A DNA stretch of 64,000 nt from Thermodesulfobacteriota bacterium. GTDB taxonomy: Bacteria > Desulfobacterota > Desulfarculia > JACQYL01. Numbering within the stretch: the stretch's first letter is position 1; every line of letters begins with the position of its first letter. The DNA lies in assembly GCA_963675595.2 (NCBI GenBank), contig CAXXLZ010000001.1:544001-608000 (forward strand). Reading direction: 5' to 3'. The notes below the pieces were generated by a model, which was not told the DNA's origin, ran no database searches, and was given only the letters and a program-made list of their open reading frames with translations. Below, one piece after another: positions 29,994 to 39,525 of the stretch. The position numbers and the translations under genes are program-made.

Positions 29994-32177
29994 TTGTCGG
30001 CGTGCTGGGACATCACTCAGTGCAATGAGGAAAGGTGCCCATCGTTCCTGAGCGAGGAAGGCTATTGCTGGCTGAGAGCGGGTACGCGCCAACGCGACCA
30101 GGCTCGGGCCGGTTTTCACGCCAAGCTTGAGCATTGCCTCGTATGCGACGTCTTTCGTAGCCATGCAAACGCGGATGACGCCGGGTGGATGGGCTTTCTC
30201 GTAAAACAGGTGCGTGCTTACTGTGAAGACGTGCTCAGACGCGCCTATCAGCGAGAAGAACGGTTTTTCCAGATTCTGGATCGGCTTCCGGACGGCCTTT
30301 TCACCATAGACTCCGAATGGAAAATCACCTACATGAACCCCGCAGCGGAACTCATCACGGGATTCTCCGCCTATGATGCGGTGGGAATGTTCTGCAAGGA
30401 CGTTTTCAAGAATACGGTCTGTCTCACGGATTGTCCGGTCAAACATGCCGGGGTGACCGGTCAGAACATCTCCAACAGGGAATACACCATACGTAACGCA
30501 TTCGGACAAGAGATTCCGGTCATATGCAGCACGGCGGTGCTGAGGGGAGACGACAACGAAATTCTGGGCGGGATCGAGGTCTTCAAGGACATAACGGAAA
30601 GAAAGCGTCTCGAGGACGAACGGATTGCCTCGGAGAAGAAGTACCGCAGGATATTCGAAGGCTCCCAGGACATGATCTACTTGAACTCGAGGTCCGGAAA
30701 GCTGTTGGACATCAATCCGGCCGGAGTGAGGATGCTGGGATATTCAAGCAAGGCGGAGCTGCTGGCGCTCCAGTCGGTGGCCAAGTTATATCTTAATCCG
30801 TCGGACCCCAGAAAATTCAGAGACATCATCGAGCGGCAGGGATTCGCCAAAGACTTCGAGACGGAATTGGTCCGAAAAGACGGTAGGCCCATTACGGTTC
30901 TGCTTACCGGCAACGCGGTCTTCGATGCCAACGGCCGTTTGGAATTGATCGAAGGGTTGGCGAAAGACATCACCCAGAGAAAGGCGGCGGAGAAAAAGCT
31001 CAGGCAGCGAAACCGAGAGCTTCAATTTCTGAACAACATCTCTTTGACCATGAACCTCACCATGAATCTGGACGCCATTCTACAATTTTCTCTGGAGAAT
31101 GTGCTGAACATGTTGGGGCTCAGGCGCGGCGGGGTCTATCTGATCGACCGCGATTCGGGCGGGGCCGTTTTGAGGGCCCAAGTGGGATTGAACAGCGATC
31201 TGGTGGGCCGGAAGGGGCGGATTCGCCTCAGGGACGACCGGCTTATGAAGGCCTTGTTCCGGGAAAATACATCTTTTGCGCCCAAACCGCGCTTTCCGGT
31301 TTTTCGTGCGAACGTGAAGGTGGACGGTGAAAAATCCGTAGATTTCCATTGCTTTCTGATTACGGTGAAGGATCTGGCCACGGGATTTTTTGCTCTCGAA
31401 CCACCGCCCGACAAGGAGTTCAGCATCGAGGAAAAGGATTTGATGGGCTCAGTTGGAAATTTCCTCGGTGGGGCGGTGGAGAACACCCAATTAATGAATG
31501 CGGTGAAACGTCATAGGGAAGAACTTCAACGATTGACGGGAGAGCTTTTCCACAGCCAAGATATGGAGAGAAAGCGGATCGCTCGCGAACTGCACGATGA
31601 GGCGGGCCAGGCCCTTACCGGCATCAATCTGAGCCTTGAGAGCGTCATGCGGATGATTCCCGAAGACTCCGACGGGGTTCGGGAGGCCATCACGGAAACG
31701 CGGAAACAGGTTAACCGGACTTATCAGGATATTCGCCGGATGTCTCACCGCCTTCACCCTTCCATGCTCACTGATTTGGGCCTGAAGCCCACGCTGAACG
31801 ACATGTTCGATTATGTATGTTCCCATTTCGGGCTGCAGATCGAATTCAACATGGTGGGATTCGACTCGCGACTGGATCCCGAGGTGGAAACAGCCCTGTA
31901 CCGATTTTCCCAAGAGGCTCTCAACAATACGCTTAAGCACTCGGGAGCGGAGAACTTCAAACTGTCTCTGGTGCGCAGTTACCCCCATATCATTTTCATC
32001 GCCGAGGACGACGGCATGGGCTTTGACCCTCTCACGATAGGAGAGGGAAAGGCCGGATTGGGTTTGCTGGGCATGAGGGAACGTGCGGCGCTGGTGAACG
32101 GGAAGTTTCAGCTCAAGGCGGTCCCGGGCAAGGGTACACGTATACGTATCGAGATCCCCATCGAAGAAATGAACTGA
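29994..32177 (+). CDS. Cytoplasmic PAS-PAS-GAF sensor histidine kinase (HisKA_3) with Cys-rich N-terminal two-CW-like domain
   Basis: CW...C...CP...CW...CxxC N-terminus, two PAS domains (DITERK, DITQRK), ERKRIARELHDEAGQ, DDG.GF, GLGL.GM.ER; TTG start at 29994 is inferred. Confidence 0.88.
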   Translation: MSACWDITQCNEERCPSFLSEEGYCWLRAGTRQRDQARAGFHAKLEHCLVCDVFRSHANADDAGWMGFLVKQVRAYCEDVLRRAYQREERFFQILDRLPDGLFTIDSEWKITYMNPAAELITGFSAYDAVGMFCKDVFKNTVCLTDCPVKHAGVTGQNISNREYTIRNAFGQEIPVICSTAVLRGDDNEILGGIEVFKDITERKRLEDERIASEKKYRRIFEGSQDMIYLNSRSGKLLDINPAGVRMLGYSSKAELLALQSVAKLYLNPSDPRKFRDIIERQGFAKDFETELVRKDGRPITVLLTGNAVFDANGRLELIEGLAKDITQRKAAEKKLRQRNRELQFLNNISLTMNLTMNLDAILQFSLENVLNMLGLRRGGVYLIDRDSGGAVLRAQVGLNSDLVGRKGRIRLRDDRLMKALFRENTSFAPKPRFPVFRANVKVDGEKSVDFHCFLITVKDLATGFFALEPPPDKEFSIEEKDLMGSVGNFLGGAVENTQLMNAVKRHREELQRLTGELFHSQDMERKRIARELHDEAGQALTGINLSLESVMRMIPEDSDGVREAITETRKQVNRTYQDIRRMSHRLHPSMLTDLGLKPTLNDMFDYVCSHFGLQIEFNMVGFDSRLDPEVETALYRFSQEALNNTLKHSGAENFKLSLVRSYPHIIFIAEDDGMGFDPLTIGEGKAGLGLLGMRERAALVNGKFQLKAVPGKGTRIRIEIPIEEMN

Positions 32178-32178
32178 A

Positions 32179-32853
32179 ATGGACAGGAAAATAAAGATAC
32201 TTCTGGCGGATGATCACACGATCGTCAGGCAGGGTTTGGAGAAACTGCTGGAGGTGGAACCCGACTTTCTGATCGCCGGACAGGCGCGTACCGGCAGGGA
32301 GGCGGTGGATATGATTCAGGAACTCCACCCCGATGTGGTCCTTATGGACATTGCCATGCCGGTGTTGAACGGCATTGAAGCAACGCGTCAGATCAAAAGG
32401 AACCATCCCGAAGTCAAGGTCGTCATCCTCTCCATGCACTCCCATGCGCATTATATTAGTGAGCTTTTCGAGGCCGGGATTTCCGGCTACCTCGTCAAGG
32501 ATTCCACGGGGAAAGAAATCGTGGATGCGATCCATGCGGCGGTGCGCGGGGAGACCTTTCTGAGCCCCTCCATCTCCAAGAAGCTGGTGGACGACTACGT
32601 GGCTCTGAAGCGAAGCACGCGCAAGGAAGACCTTTACAACACGTTGTCCAACCGTGAGCGAGAAGTCTTTCAGATGATCGCCGAGGGGCTGTCGACTAAA
32701 GAGATCGCCGAAACGCTGTATATCAGCCCGAGCACGGTAAAGACGCATCGTGCCAACATCATGGAAAAACTACAACTCGAGAATCTTTCGAAGCTGGTTC
32801 AGTTCGCCGCCAAGTTGGGGTTGACGGATATGGATGCGAACCCGGCGGCCTAG
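32179..32853 (+). CDS. NarL/LuxR family response regulator
   Basis: ADDH, DVVLMDIAMP, LSNREREV...G.STKEIA..L.IS..TV.THR. Confidence 0.95.
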   Translation: MDRKIKILLADDHTIVRQGLEKLLEVEPDFLIAGQARTGREAVDMIQELHPDVVLMDIAMPVLNGIEATRQIKRNHPEVKVVILSMHSHAHYISELFEAGISGYLVKDSTGKEIVDAIHAAVRGETFLSPSISKKLVDDYVALKRSTRKEDLYNTLSNREREVFQMIAEGLSTKEIAETLYISPSTVKTHRANIMEKLQLENLSKLVQFAAKLGLTDMDANPAA

Positions 32854-33154
32854 CCGCCACTCCCTTCCCGCAGGACCTCCTTCCCAACGAGCTCTACCCT
32901 TAGGGTGTAGCGCACTTCAGGATTCCTCATTGTTTTGTTCAGAGTGTCCGGCTGTTCCGCAGTAGGTTTTGAACTGCGGAAACATCAACCCGGAGACGAT
33001 TCGACTCGTCGGCCCGAAGTCCGAGGAGCTGTCCGTTTGGAAAAAGTCCATTGTGACTTCAGTTAGTTATCATCGGGCTATGTTGGGCCGCGTGTTTTCG
33101 ATGGACGGTCACAAGAGTCATTGGAAGAAAAAATGGACCGTGGATAAGAAAAAA

Positions 33155-33171
33155 ATCGTCTTTTGGACGAT
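33155..33171. promoter_or_regulatory. Candidate operator (inverted repeat) upstream of the methyltransferase operon
   Basis: ATCGTC-N5-GACGAT in an A/T-rich patch with several nearby TGGAC/GTCCA half-sites. Confidence 0.3.
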
Positions 33172-33516
33172 GGTAACCCGAAACCACTTTTCGATATACG
33201 GACTATTAGCGTGGCGCATAGCCATCCAGTGCGTCTGCGTTCCCCGATCACCCTGGCAGCAGGACGGGTCCGGCCTCCCCCGGGCCCGTGAAAGGGAAAG
33301 AACCTGAATACCCTGTCTTACAACAAATCAGGGCTCCATTGTGCGATTCGACTCGCGTCGGATAGCGCTCTCCATTTTCTATCCCATCCAACTCGAAGGT
33401 TTGTCGGAGCTTTTCGCCGCAGCCGTTTTCCCGCGCGGCAGCCCTGGGCTTGGGTTGCGGGGTGAAGCGCGCGACCGTGAGATAACCTTGAGCATTTATT
33501 CAGAAAAGGAGGAAAT

Positions 33517-34473
33517 ATGTTTAAGTTCGCTACTGAGCAGAAAGTCGCCGAAGTCGGAGGGGTGAAGTTTGGGGGTCAGCCGGGCGAGTATCCCTGTGTG
33601 TGCTGCGCTTCGATCTTCCAGAAGGGTGACAAGGTATTCGAAGGCAAGAAGAGGAAAGAAGGATTCAACGAGGAATACGGACTCGAGCTGTTACAGTCCG
33701 CGGAGAAGATGTGGGATGAAACCGGGGTTCCCATTATGGCGGACATTGTGGCGAATACCGGAGCGGAGTTTCAGCAGTTTATCGATTTTGTGACCAATAA
33801 TTCGAAGCTCCCCTTCTGCGTGGATGCCTGGGTCATGAAGCCCAAACTCGAAGGCGCCGCATATTGCGCTGAGAAGGGTCTTTTGGACCGCATGTTCTAC
33901 AACAGCTTGACGGTGTGGGAACAGGACCTGGAAACGGAGATCAAGGAAATCGCCGACATCGGCGTCAAGCACGTGCTTCTGGTTGCTTTCGATCAGGAAG
34001 ACCAAATGCCTTCCGGACGAATCACAGGGACCCAGAAACTACTGGATGTCATTGACAAGGTGGGCGCCAAATTTGAAACGATTTTCGTGGACACGTCGGT
34101 CATGAATGCTCCCGCGACGGCCATGTGCTCCATCGCCAACCGGATGGTCAAAGAGAAATGGGGATTCCCCGCATCGAGCGCTCCCAGCAACGGCTCCTAC
34201 ATGTGGAAAAAAGCCGCCCAGGACAAATGGGGATTCAAGGGCTGGTCCGCAACGGACGCTTCCCTCGAAGGGCTGTCCGCCTTCATGTATCACGACATGA
34301 TTTTCAGCGGTCCCATGGCGGGCTGCTCGCGCATTGCACCCGCGGTGGCGTTGGCGGAAGCTTTCCTGGCCACATGGGTGTTCGCCGAAACGAAGAAACT
34401 TCCCGAGTTGGCAACCCACCCGCTGTACAAGGTGTTCCCGGATTTCGCCGAGCAGATGAAGGGTATGATGTAG
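33517..34473 (+). CDS. MtrH/CmuB/MtgA-like methylcorrinoid:pterin methyltransferase
   Basis: MFKF..EQKV.EVGGVKFGGQPGEYP N-terminus typical of the MtrH family, YNSL, HPL.K.F C-terminus. Confidence 0.85.
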   Translation: MFKFATEQKVAEVGGVKFGGQPGEYPCVCCASIFQKGDKVFEGKKRKEGFNEEYGLELLQSAEKMWDETGVPIMADIVANTGAEFQQFIDFVTNNSKLPFCVDAWVMKPKLEGAAYCAEKGLLDRMFYNSLTVWEQDLETEIKEIADIGVKHVLLVAFDQEDQMPSGRITGTQKLLDVIDKVGAKFETIFVDTSVMNAPATAMCSIANRMVKEKWGFPASSAPSNGSYMWKKAAQDKWGFKGWSATDASLEGLSAFMYHDMIFSGPMAGCSRIAPAVALAEAFLATWVFAETKKLPELATHPLYKVFPDFAEQMKGMM

Positions 34474-34536
34474 AGCGGAAGAGAATCCTGAAGCAGAAAA
34501 ACCATGTCCACAGGGGGACGAAAGGAGCGAGTAAGA

Positions 34537-35589
34537 ATGGCTGAAATGACGCCGAAGGAAAGAGTGCTTAGCCTGTTGAAGAGAGAACCCATCGATACCA
34601 TGCCCTTCTTCAGCGGTATGGGTATGGTGGTCATGCCGGGGATCAAGAAAGCCGGATTGAAGTTTCCTCAGGTGCACACGGACCCGAACAAAATGGCCCA
34701 GTCGGCGATCTGGTCCGCCAAGCTGATGGACTTTGATTGCGTGGTCATTCCTTACGACATGTGTATGGAATCCGAGGCCATGGGAAACAAGATCAGCTTG
34801 TACGAGGATTCCGAAGACATCCTCTATCCGACCATCCCCAATAAGCAATGGAAAACCATGGACGAGGTAGTGGTGCCCAAGAACATTATGGAATTGGGTC
34901 GCATGCCGCTGGTTCCCAAAGCTATTGAAATCATCAAGAAGGAAGCGCCGGAGTATCCCGTGGGGTGCTGGGTGCTCGGACCGTTCACCCAGACCGGCCA
35001 AGTTCTGGAACTGGACATGATCCTCAAGGCCGTTTTCAAGCAGAAGAGCCAGGTTGAAGCGCAGCTGGACAAGATGACCGAAATGGCGATCATTGAAGGA
35101 CAGGCCTTCCAGGCCGCCGGATGCGACTACATTACGCTCCGGGAGCCGGGGGTGGCCGCCGACCTGCTCAGCCCGAAAACGTTCAAGGAAATGATCAAGC
35201 CCAGACTGACCCGAATTCTCGAGGCTTGGAAGTCCCCGAAGATCCTCCATATCTGTGGTTCCTGCGACCCATTGGTGGAAATGATGGCCGATTGCGGCGC
35301 CGACGCCATCACGGTGGACATCAAGACCAGCATCGCCGACGCTCGAAAGAAGCTGGGCGACGATGTGTTGATCTTCGGGAACCTGGACACCTACAATATG
35401 ACGTGCAAGCCGGAAACGCCCAAAGAGATGGTGGTGGAAGAAATCAAGAAGACCATCGACAACGGCGTGGACGCGGTCATGCCCGGCTGCGACTTGTGGC
35501 CCGACATCAAGGAAGAGAATATGCTGGCTTGTGTCCAAACGACACACGAGTACGGCAAAAAACCCAGTCCGGCCGGCAAACGTTTATAG
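34537..35589 (+). CDS. MtaA/CmuA (UroD-fold) corrinoid methyltransferase
   Basis: MTPKERV, E.EAMG, GPFT, zinc ligands LHICG and PGCD. Confidence 0.9.
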   Translation: MAEMTPKERVLSLLKREPIDTMPFFSGMGMVVMPGIKKAGLKFPQVHTDPNKMAQSAIWSAKLMDFDCVVIPYDMCMESEAMGNKISLYEDSEDILYPTIPNKQWKTMDEVVVPKNIMELGRMPLVPKAIEIIKKEAPEYPVGCWVLGPFTQTGQVLELDMILKAVFKQKSQVEAQLDKMTEMAIIEGQAFQAAGCDYITLREPGVAADLLSPKTFKEMIKPRLTRILEAWKSPKILHICGSCDPLVEMMADCGADAITVDIKTSIADARKKLGDDVLIFGNLDTYNMTCKPETPKEMVVEEIKKTIDNGVDAVMPGCDLWPDIKEENMLACVQTTHEYGKKPSPAGKRL

Positions 35590-35628
35590 CAGTTGAAAGA
35601 CCTATAATCACGAAAAGGAGTTTGAGAC

Positions 35629-36300
35629 ATGGCGACGAAAGAAGAGATTTTGAAGGGACTTAGTGATTCCGTAGTGGAGTACAATGAAGACGGCGTTAAG
35701 GAATGGTCCAACAAAGCGTTGGAAGAAAAAGTGGACCCCCTTGAGGCGATCATGGACGGTTTGGCTCACGGCATGCAGATCGTGGGCGATCTCTATGAAC
35801 GTAATGAATACTTTGTGCCGGAAGTTCTGATGTGCGCCGATGCGCTTTACGCCGGTCTGGACATTCTTCGACCCCACGTGCCCCAAGAGCAAAGCGGCAA
35901 GATGAAGGGCCAGGTCGTCATCGGTTCCATCCAGGGCGACGTGCACGATATCGGTAAGAACTTGGTGAAGATGATGTTCGACGTAGCGGGCTTCGAGGTT
36001 TACGACCTGGGCCGCGACGTGCCTCTGGAGAACTTCGTGAAGGAGCAGCTCCGCACGGATTCGGAAATCGTGGCCATGAGCGCCATGATGACCACCACCA
36101 TGCTGGGCATGAAGAAGGTCATCAAGATGATCAAAGAAAAGAACCCCAACGTGATGATCATGTTGGGCGGGGCCCCCGTGACCCGTGACGTATCCACGCT
36201 GTTCGGCGCCGACGGCTACGCGGAAAGTGCCGGAAACGCGGTTACCGAAGGAATCAAGATGATTGGGCGCCTCAGGGAAGTGGAAGGCAAGAACAGATAA
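35629..36300 (+). CDS. Corrinoid (B12-binding) methyl-carrier protein
   Basis: Cap domain plus GDVHDIGKNLV (DxHxxG), SAMMTTT, GGAP. Confidence 0.95.
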   Translation: MATKEEILKGLSDSVVEYNEDGVKEWSNKALEEKVDPLEAIMDGLAHGMQIVGDLYERNEYFVPEVLMCADALYAGLDILRPHVPQEQSGKMKGQVVIGSIQGDVHDIGKNLVKMMFDVAGFEVYDLGRDVPLENFVKEQLRTDSEIVAMSAMMTTTMLGMKKVIKMIKEKNPNVMIMLGGAPVTRDVSTLFGADGYAESAGNAVTEGIKMIGRLREVEGKNR

Positions 36301-36477
36301 TGTGCGATCCGCCGTGGCCTTTTGGGGCACGGCGGGTTATGAAGGGTCCGGATTCCGTTGCCGGGACTGGTCTGGACGCGGGTCCGGATTCACCGCATAC
36401 GTGTTGGACGAACCGTGCGCGGGAACAAAGACGTTTCGCCGGAGAGGCGGAAGAGAACGACTGGAGGAAAGGCGTTA

Positions 36478-38535
36478 ATGGCAAACGACGATACTGTGAT
36501 GGTGATATTCCAACCTTCCGCTCGCCGGGGGCGTGTAAAAAAAGGCTTGAACATTATCGAAGCCTCGCGTGACATCGGTGTGGATATTGAGGCCCTGTGC
36601 GGGGAGAAGAAAGTCTGCGGAAAATGCAAGGTCCGCATCGAGGAAGGGTACTTCGAAAAATATAATATAACGTCCAACATGTCCCATGTTTCTGAATGGC
36701 AGGAAGAGGAAGCCAAGTTCATCAAGGGCAAGGAAAAGGAAGAAGGCTTTCGCCTCGGCTGCGTGGCCAAGATAATGGACGACGTCCTGATTTTCGTGCC
36801 CGAGGAATCCCGCGCCGGTAAGCAGGTGGTGAGCAAGGCGGCCCGCGACATCCATATCGACAACAACCCCGCGGTGAAAACCTACTATGTGGAAATGGAT
36901 CCGCCGACCTTTGAAGAGCCGAGAGGCGACTTTGAGCGCATCGAGGACGAACTGGAAAGAGAGTTCGGTCTCAAGAATCTCCGGCCGGACATCCAGTGCC
37001 TCAGAGACATTCCGGCTGCGGTACGAGACGGCGACTGGAAGGTTACCGCGTGGGTGTGGAACGACCGCGAGGTCATTCGGGTCATGCCCGGAAAAGTGGA
37101 AGACTCCTACGGGATCGCCATCGATATCGGTACCACGACGGTTGCCGGGTATTTCTGCAACCTTCGCACCATGGAGGTGATCAACACCCGTTCCATGATG
37201 AATCCCCAGTGTAAGTACGGTGAGGACGTCATGGCCCGGATCACCTACCATATGATGAACGAGGGCGGCCTTAAACGAATGAGCGATGAGATCATCGCCG
37301 GCTTGAATACCATCATCGACGACCTCGTCGCGGGAACTCATCCGCCCAAGGATCGCAAGAAAAAGAAGAAGGCGGAGGAGGAAGAGCTGGAGGACTTGCC
37401 GGAAAAAGAAGATGAGAGCAAGTACCTGTGCCTGGATCGTGAGGACATCGTTGACCTTACCCTGGTGTTCAACACGGCCATGCATCACATCTGCCTTCAG
37501 CTCGACCCGCAGTACGTCGGACTGGCTCCCTTTCCGCCGGTAATCCATAAGGGGCTCGACGTCAAAGCACGCGATTTGGGACTGAACCTCAACAAGTGCG
37601 CCTTCGTGCACGTGCTCCCCAATGAAGCCGGTTTCGTGGGCGCGGACAACGTGGGCGTGCTCATCGCCGAGGAGCCGTACAAGAAGGATGAGATGGCGCT
37701 GCTCATCGACATCGGCACCAACGGTGAATTGGTTTTGGGCAACAAACACAAGATGGTTTCCTCCTCCTGTGCCACCGGTCCGGCCTTGGAAGGCGCTCAG
37801 CTCAGCTACGGCATGCGGGCGGCCCCGGGTGCCATCGAGCGTATCGAGATCGATCCGGAAACACACGAGGTCAGTTACAAGACCATCGGTTGTGATGCGT
37901 GGTCCAAGTTCGCGGATAAGAAGGACCTTAAGACCAAGGGCATCTGCGGGTCAGGTATTCTGGACGTGCTGGCCGAACTGTACAAGTCCGGCGTCATCAA
38001 CAAGGCCGGGCGGTTCAGCAAGGACCAGAAGTCCAATCGGTACCGGATCAATCCCGAAACCAAGCAGCCTGAATTCGTCATCGCGTGGTCCGACGAAACT
38101 TCCATTAAGAAGGACGTGGTGATTTCGCAGAAGGACATCCGGCAGATTCAGTTGGCCAAGGGTGCCTTGTATTGCGGGTGCAAGCTCATGATGCGCCGCA
38201 TGGGCGTGGATAAGGTGGACACCATCAAGATCGCCGGTGCGTTCGGTACGCATGTGGACCGGGCCAAGGCGTTGATCATGGGGCTGTTCCCCGACTGTGA
38301 AATCGAAAAGATTCATTCCGTGGGCAATGCCGCCGGTGACGGCGCGCGCTGCGCACTGCTGAACAAGGAGAAGCGGACTGAGGCCAACTGGGTGGCCAGA
38401 AACGTGGAATACATCGAACTGACGGTGGAAGAGGATTTCCAGAAGCAGTTCATGGAAGCCATGCAGATTCCGCACATGACCGATCCTTTCCCGCATCTGA
38501 GAGGCGTGGTGAAAGACGAGATTCTGGACCAGTAG
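36478..38535 (+). CDS. ASKHA/DUF4445 reductive activator of corrinoid proteins (RACE/RACo-like) with N-terminal Fe-S domain
   Basis: CG...CGKC...RLGC, DIGTTT, NPQ..YGEDV, GFVGAD, DIGTNGE, CATGPALEG, GICGSG, AGAFG, GNAA. Confidence 0.92.
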   Translation: MANDDTVMVIFQPSARRGRVKKGLNIIEASRDIGVDIEALCGEKKVCGKCKVRIEEGYFEKYNITSNMSHVSEWQEEEAKFIKGKEKEEGFRLGCVAKIMDDVLIFVPEESRAGKQVVSKAARDIHIDNNPAVKTYYVEMDPPTFEEPRGDFERIEDELEREFGLKNLRPDIQCLRDIPAAVRDGDWKVTAWVWNDREVIRVMPGKVEDSYGIAIDIGTTTVAGYFCNLRTMEVINTRSMMNPQCKYGEDVMARITYHMMNEGGLKRMSDEIIAGLNTIIDDLVAGTHPPKDRKKKKKAEEEELEDLPEKEDESKYLCLDREDIVDLTLVFNTAMHHICLQLDPQYVGLAPFPPVIHKGLDVKARDLGLNLNKCAFVHVLPNEAGFVGADNVGVLIAEEPYKKDEMALLIDIGTNGELVLGNKHKMVSSSCATGPALEGAQLSYGMRAAPGAIERIEIDPETHEVSYKTIGCDAWSKFADKKDLKTKGICGSGILDVLAELYKSGVINKAGRFSKDQKSNRYRINPETKQPEFVIAWSDETSIKKDVVISQKDIRQIQLAKGALYCGCKLMMRRMGVDKVDTIKIAGAFGTHVDRAKALIMGLFPDCEIEKIHSVGNAAGDGARCALLNKEKRTEANWVARNVEYIELTVEEDFQKQFMEAMQIPHMTDPFPHLRGVVKDEILDQ

Positions 38536-38586
38536 GGGAAGACATCCTCGGAGGGCTCAGTGCCCTCCGGGGGATTTCGAGGTTGT

Positions 38587-38913
38587 ATGAAAGTTCGAGT
38601 GGATCCTGGAATTTGTGGATTTCATTGTAAGATTGAAGCGGTAAAACAAGAGAAGTATCGAGTTAAGTTGAGCATCGAGAGCGAATGCAAACTTATTCGG
38701 CATTTGGCTGATGAAGTCGTGGAAATGGACATGAGAGACGTGGTGGGAAAACCGCACGGCACGAGCGTGTTGGTCCAAAACGCGGGTCGCTGCCGTCTTC
38801 ACGCGGCATGTCCCATACCCATGGCGTGTATCAAGGCTGTCGAGGCGGAACTAGGTTTGGCGTTGCCGCGACCGGTTCGAATCGACTTCGAGGAGGAAGA
38901 CGGGCAAAGTTAA
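38587..38913 (+). CDS. Small Cys-containing conserved protein (DUF6951-like)
   Basis: PGICGF...S.C...H.ACP.P...K..E.E.GLAL pattern. Confidence 0.65.
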   Translation: MKVRVDPGICGFHCKIEAVKQEKYRVKLSIESECKLIRHLADEVVEMDMRDVVGKPHGTSVLVQNAGRCRLHAACPIPMACIKAVEAELGLALPRPVRIDFEEEDGQS

Positions 38914-39525
38914 GGAGGCCTTTCGCGCACCATGCTTGGCGAGTCGACAAGGTGGCCCCTATAGCGCTATAATTTTGTTTAAACGGTATAAATAAGCTGT
39001 GAGAGACCGATGACGGTTGTTGCACCTGCGAACAGATCTCTGCCGCGGTTCCCCTCGGGCGGGAGGTGACGTTACCCTTCCGGCGCCGGGATGCGTTCGG
39101 TGGTGTTCGACCGAAACCTCGCAGGTTCGCCGTGGGGTCTTGCGCGGAAGTCCGGCCCCGTCTCACGCCGCCGAAGAGTTCTTTCCGGCGGGAAACGCCC
39201 TGTAGATCAAAGACGTTCGTCTCAGATCATCCATCACTTTCCCAACGCATTCATTGAAGCATCGATCGTAGATAGGTTCTGCCAGGGTTCCCCGGTGACT
39301 CGATCCGGAGCTTTACTCGAGGCTCTCGAGAAGAGTGACCGCGATCCTGAACGTCCAACCGGTTCACATTGGAGACCAACGGACGCCCCCATTAGGCGTC
39401 TCAAGGCTTACCCTCGGACACTTTTGTTACTCCCGTTGGGGGGCGGGAACAACCAAGGTTCCGGCAGGGTGAAGTGTGAAGTAAGGTGAAGGTAAGAAGG
39501 ACCGAAACCAAGTAAGGAGGTACAC

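Noticed and set aside
37330-37420. Lys/Glu-rich insertion in the ASKHA activator (KDRKKKKKAEEEELEDLPEKEDE)
   Set aside because: In-frame low-complexity loop with no evidence of an intein or mobile element.
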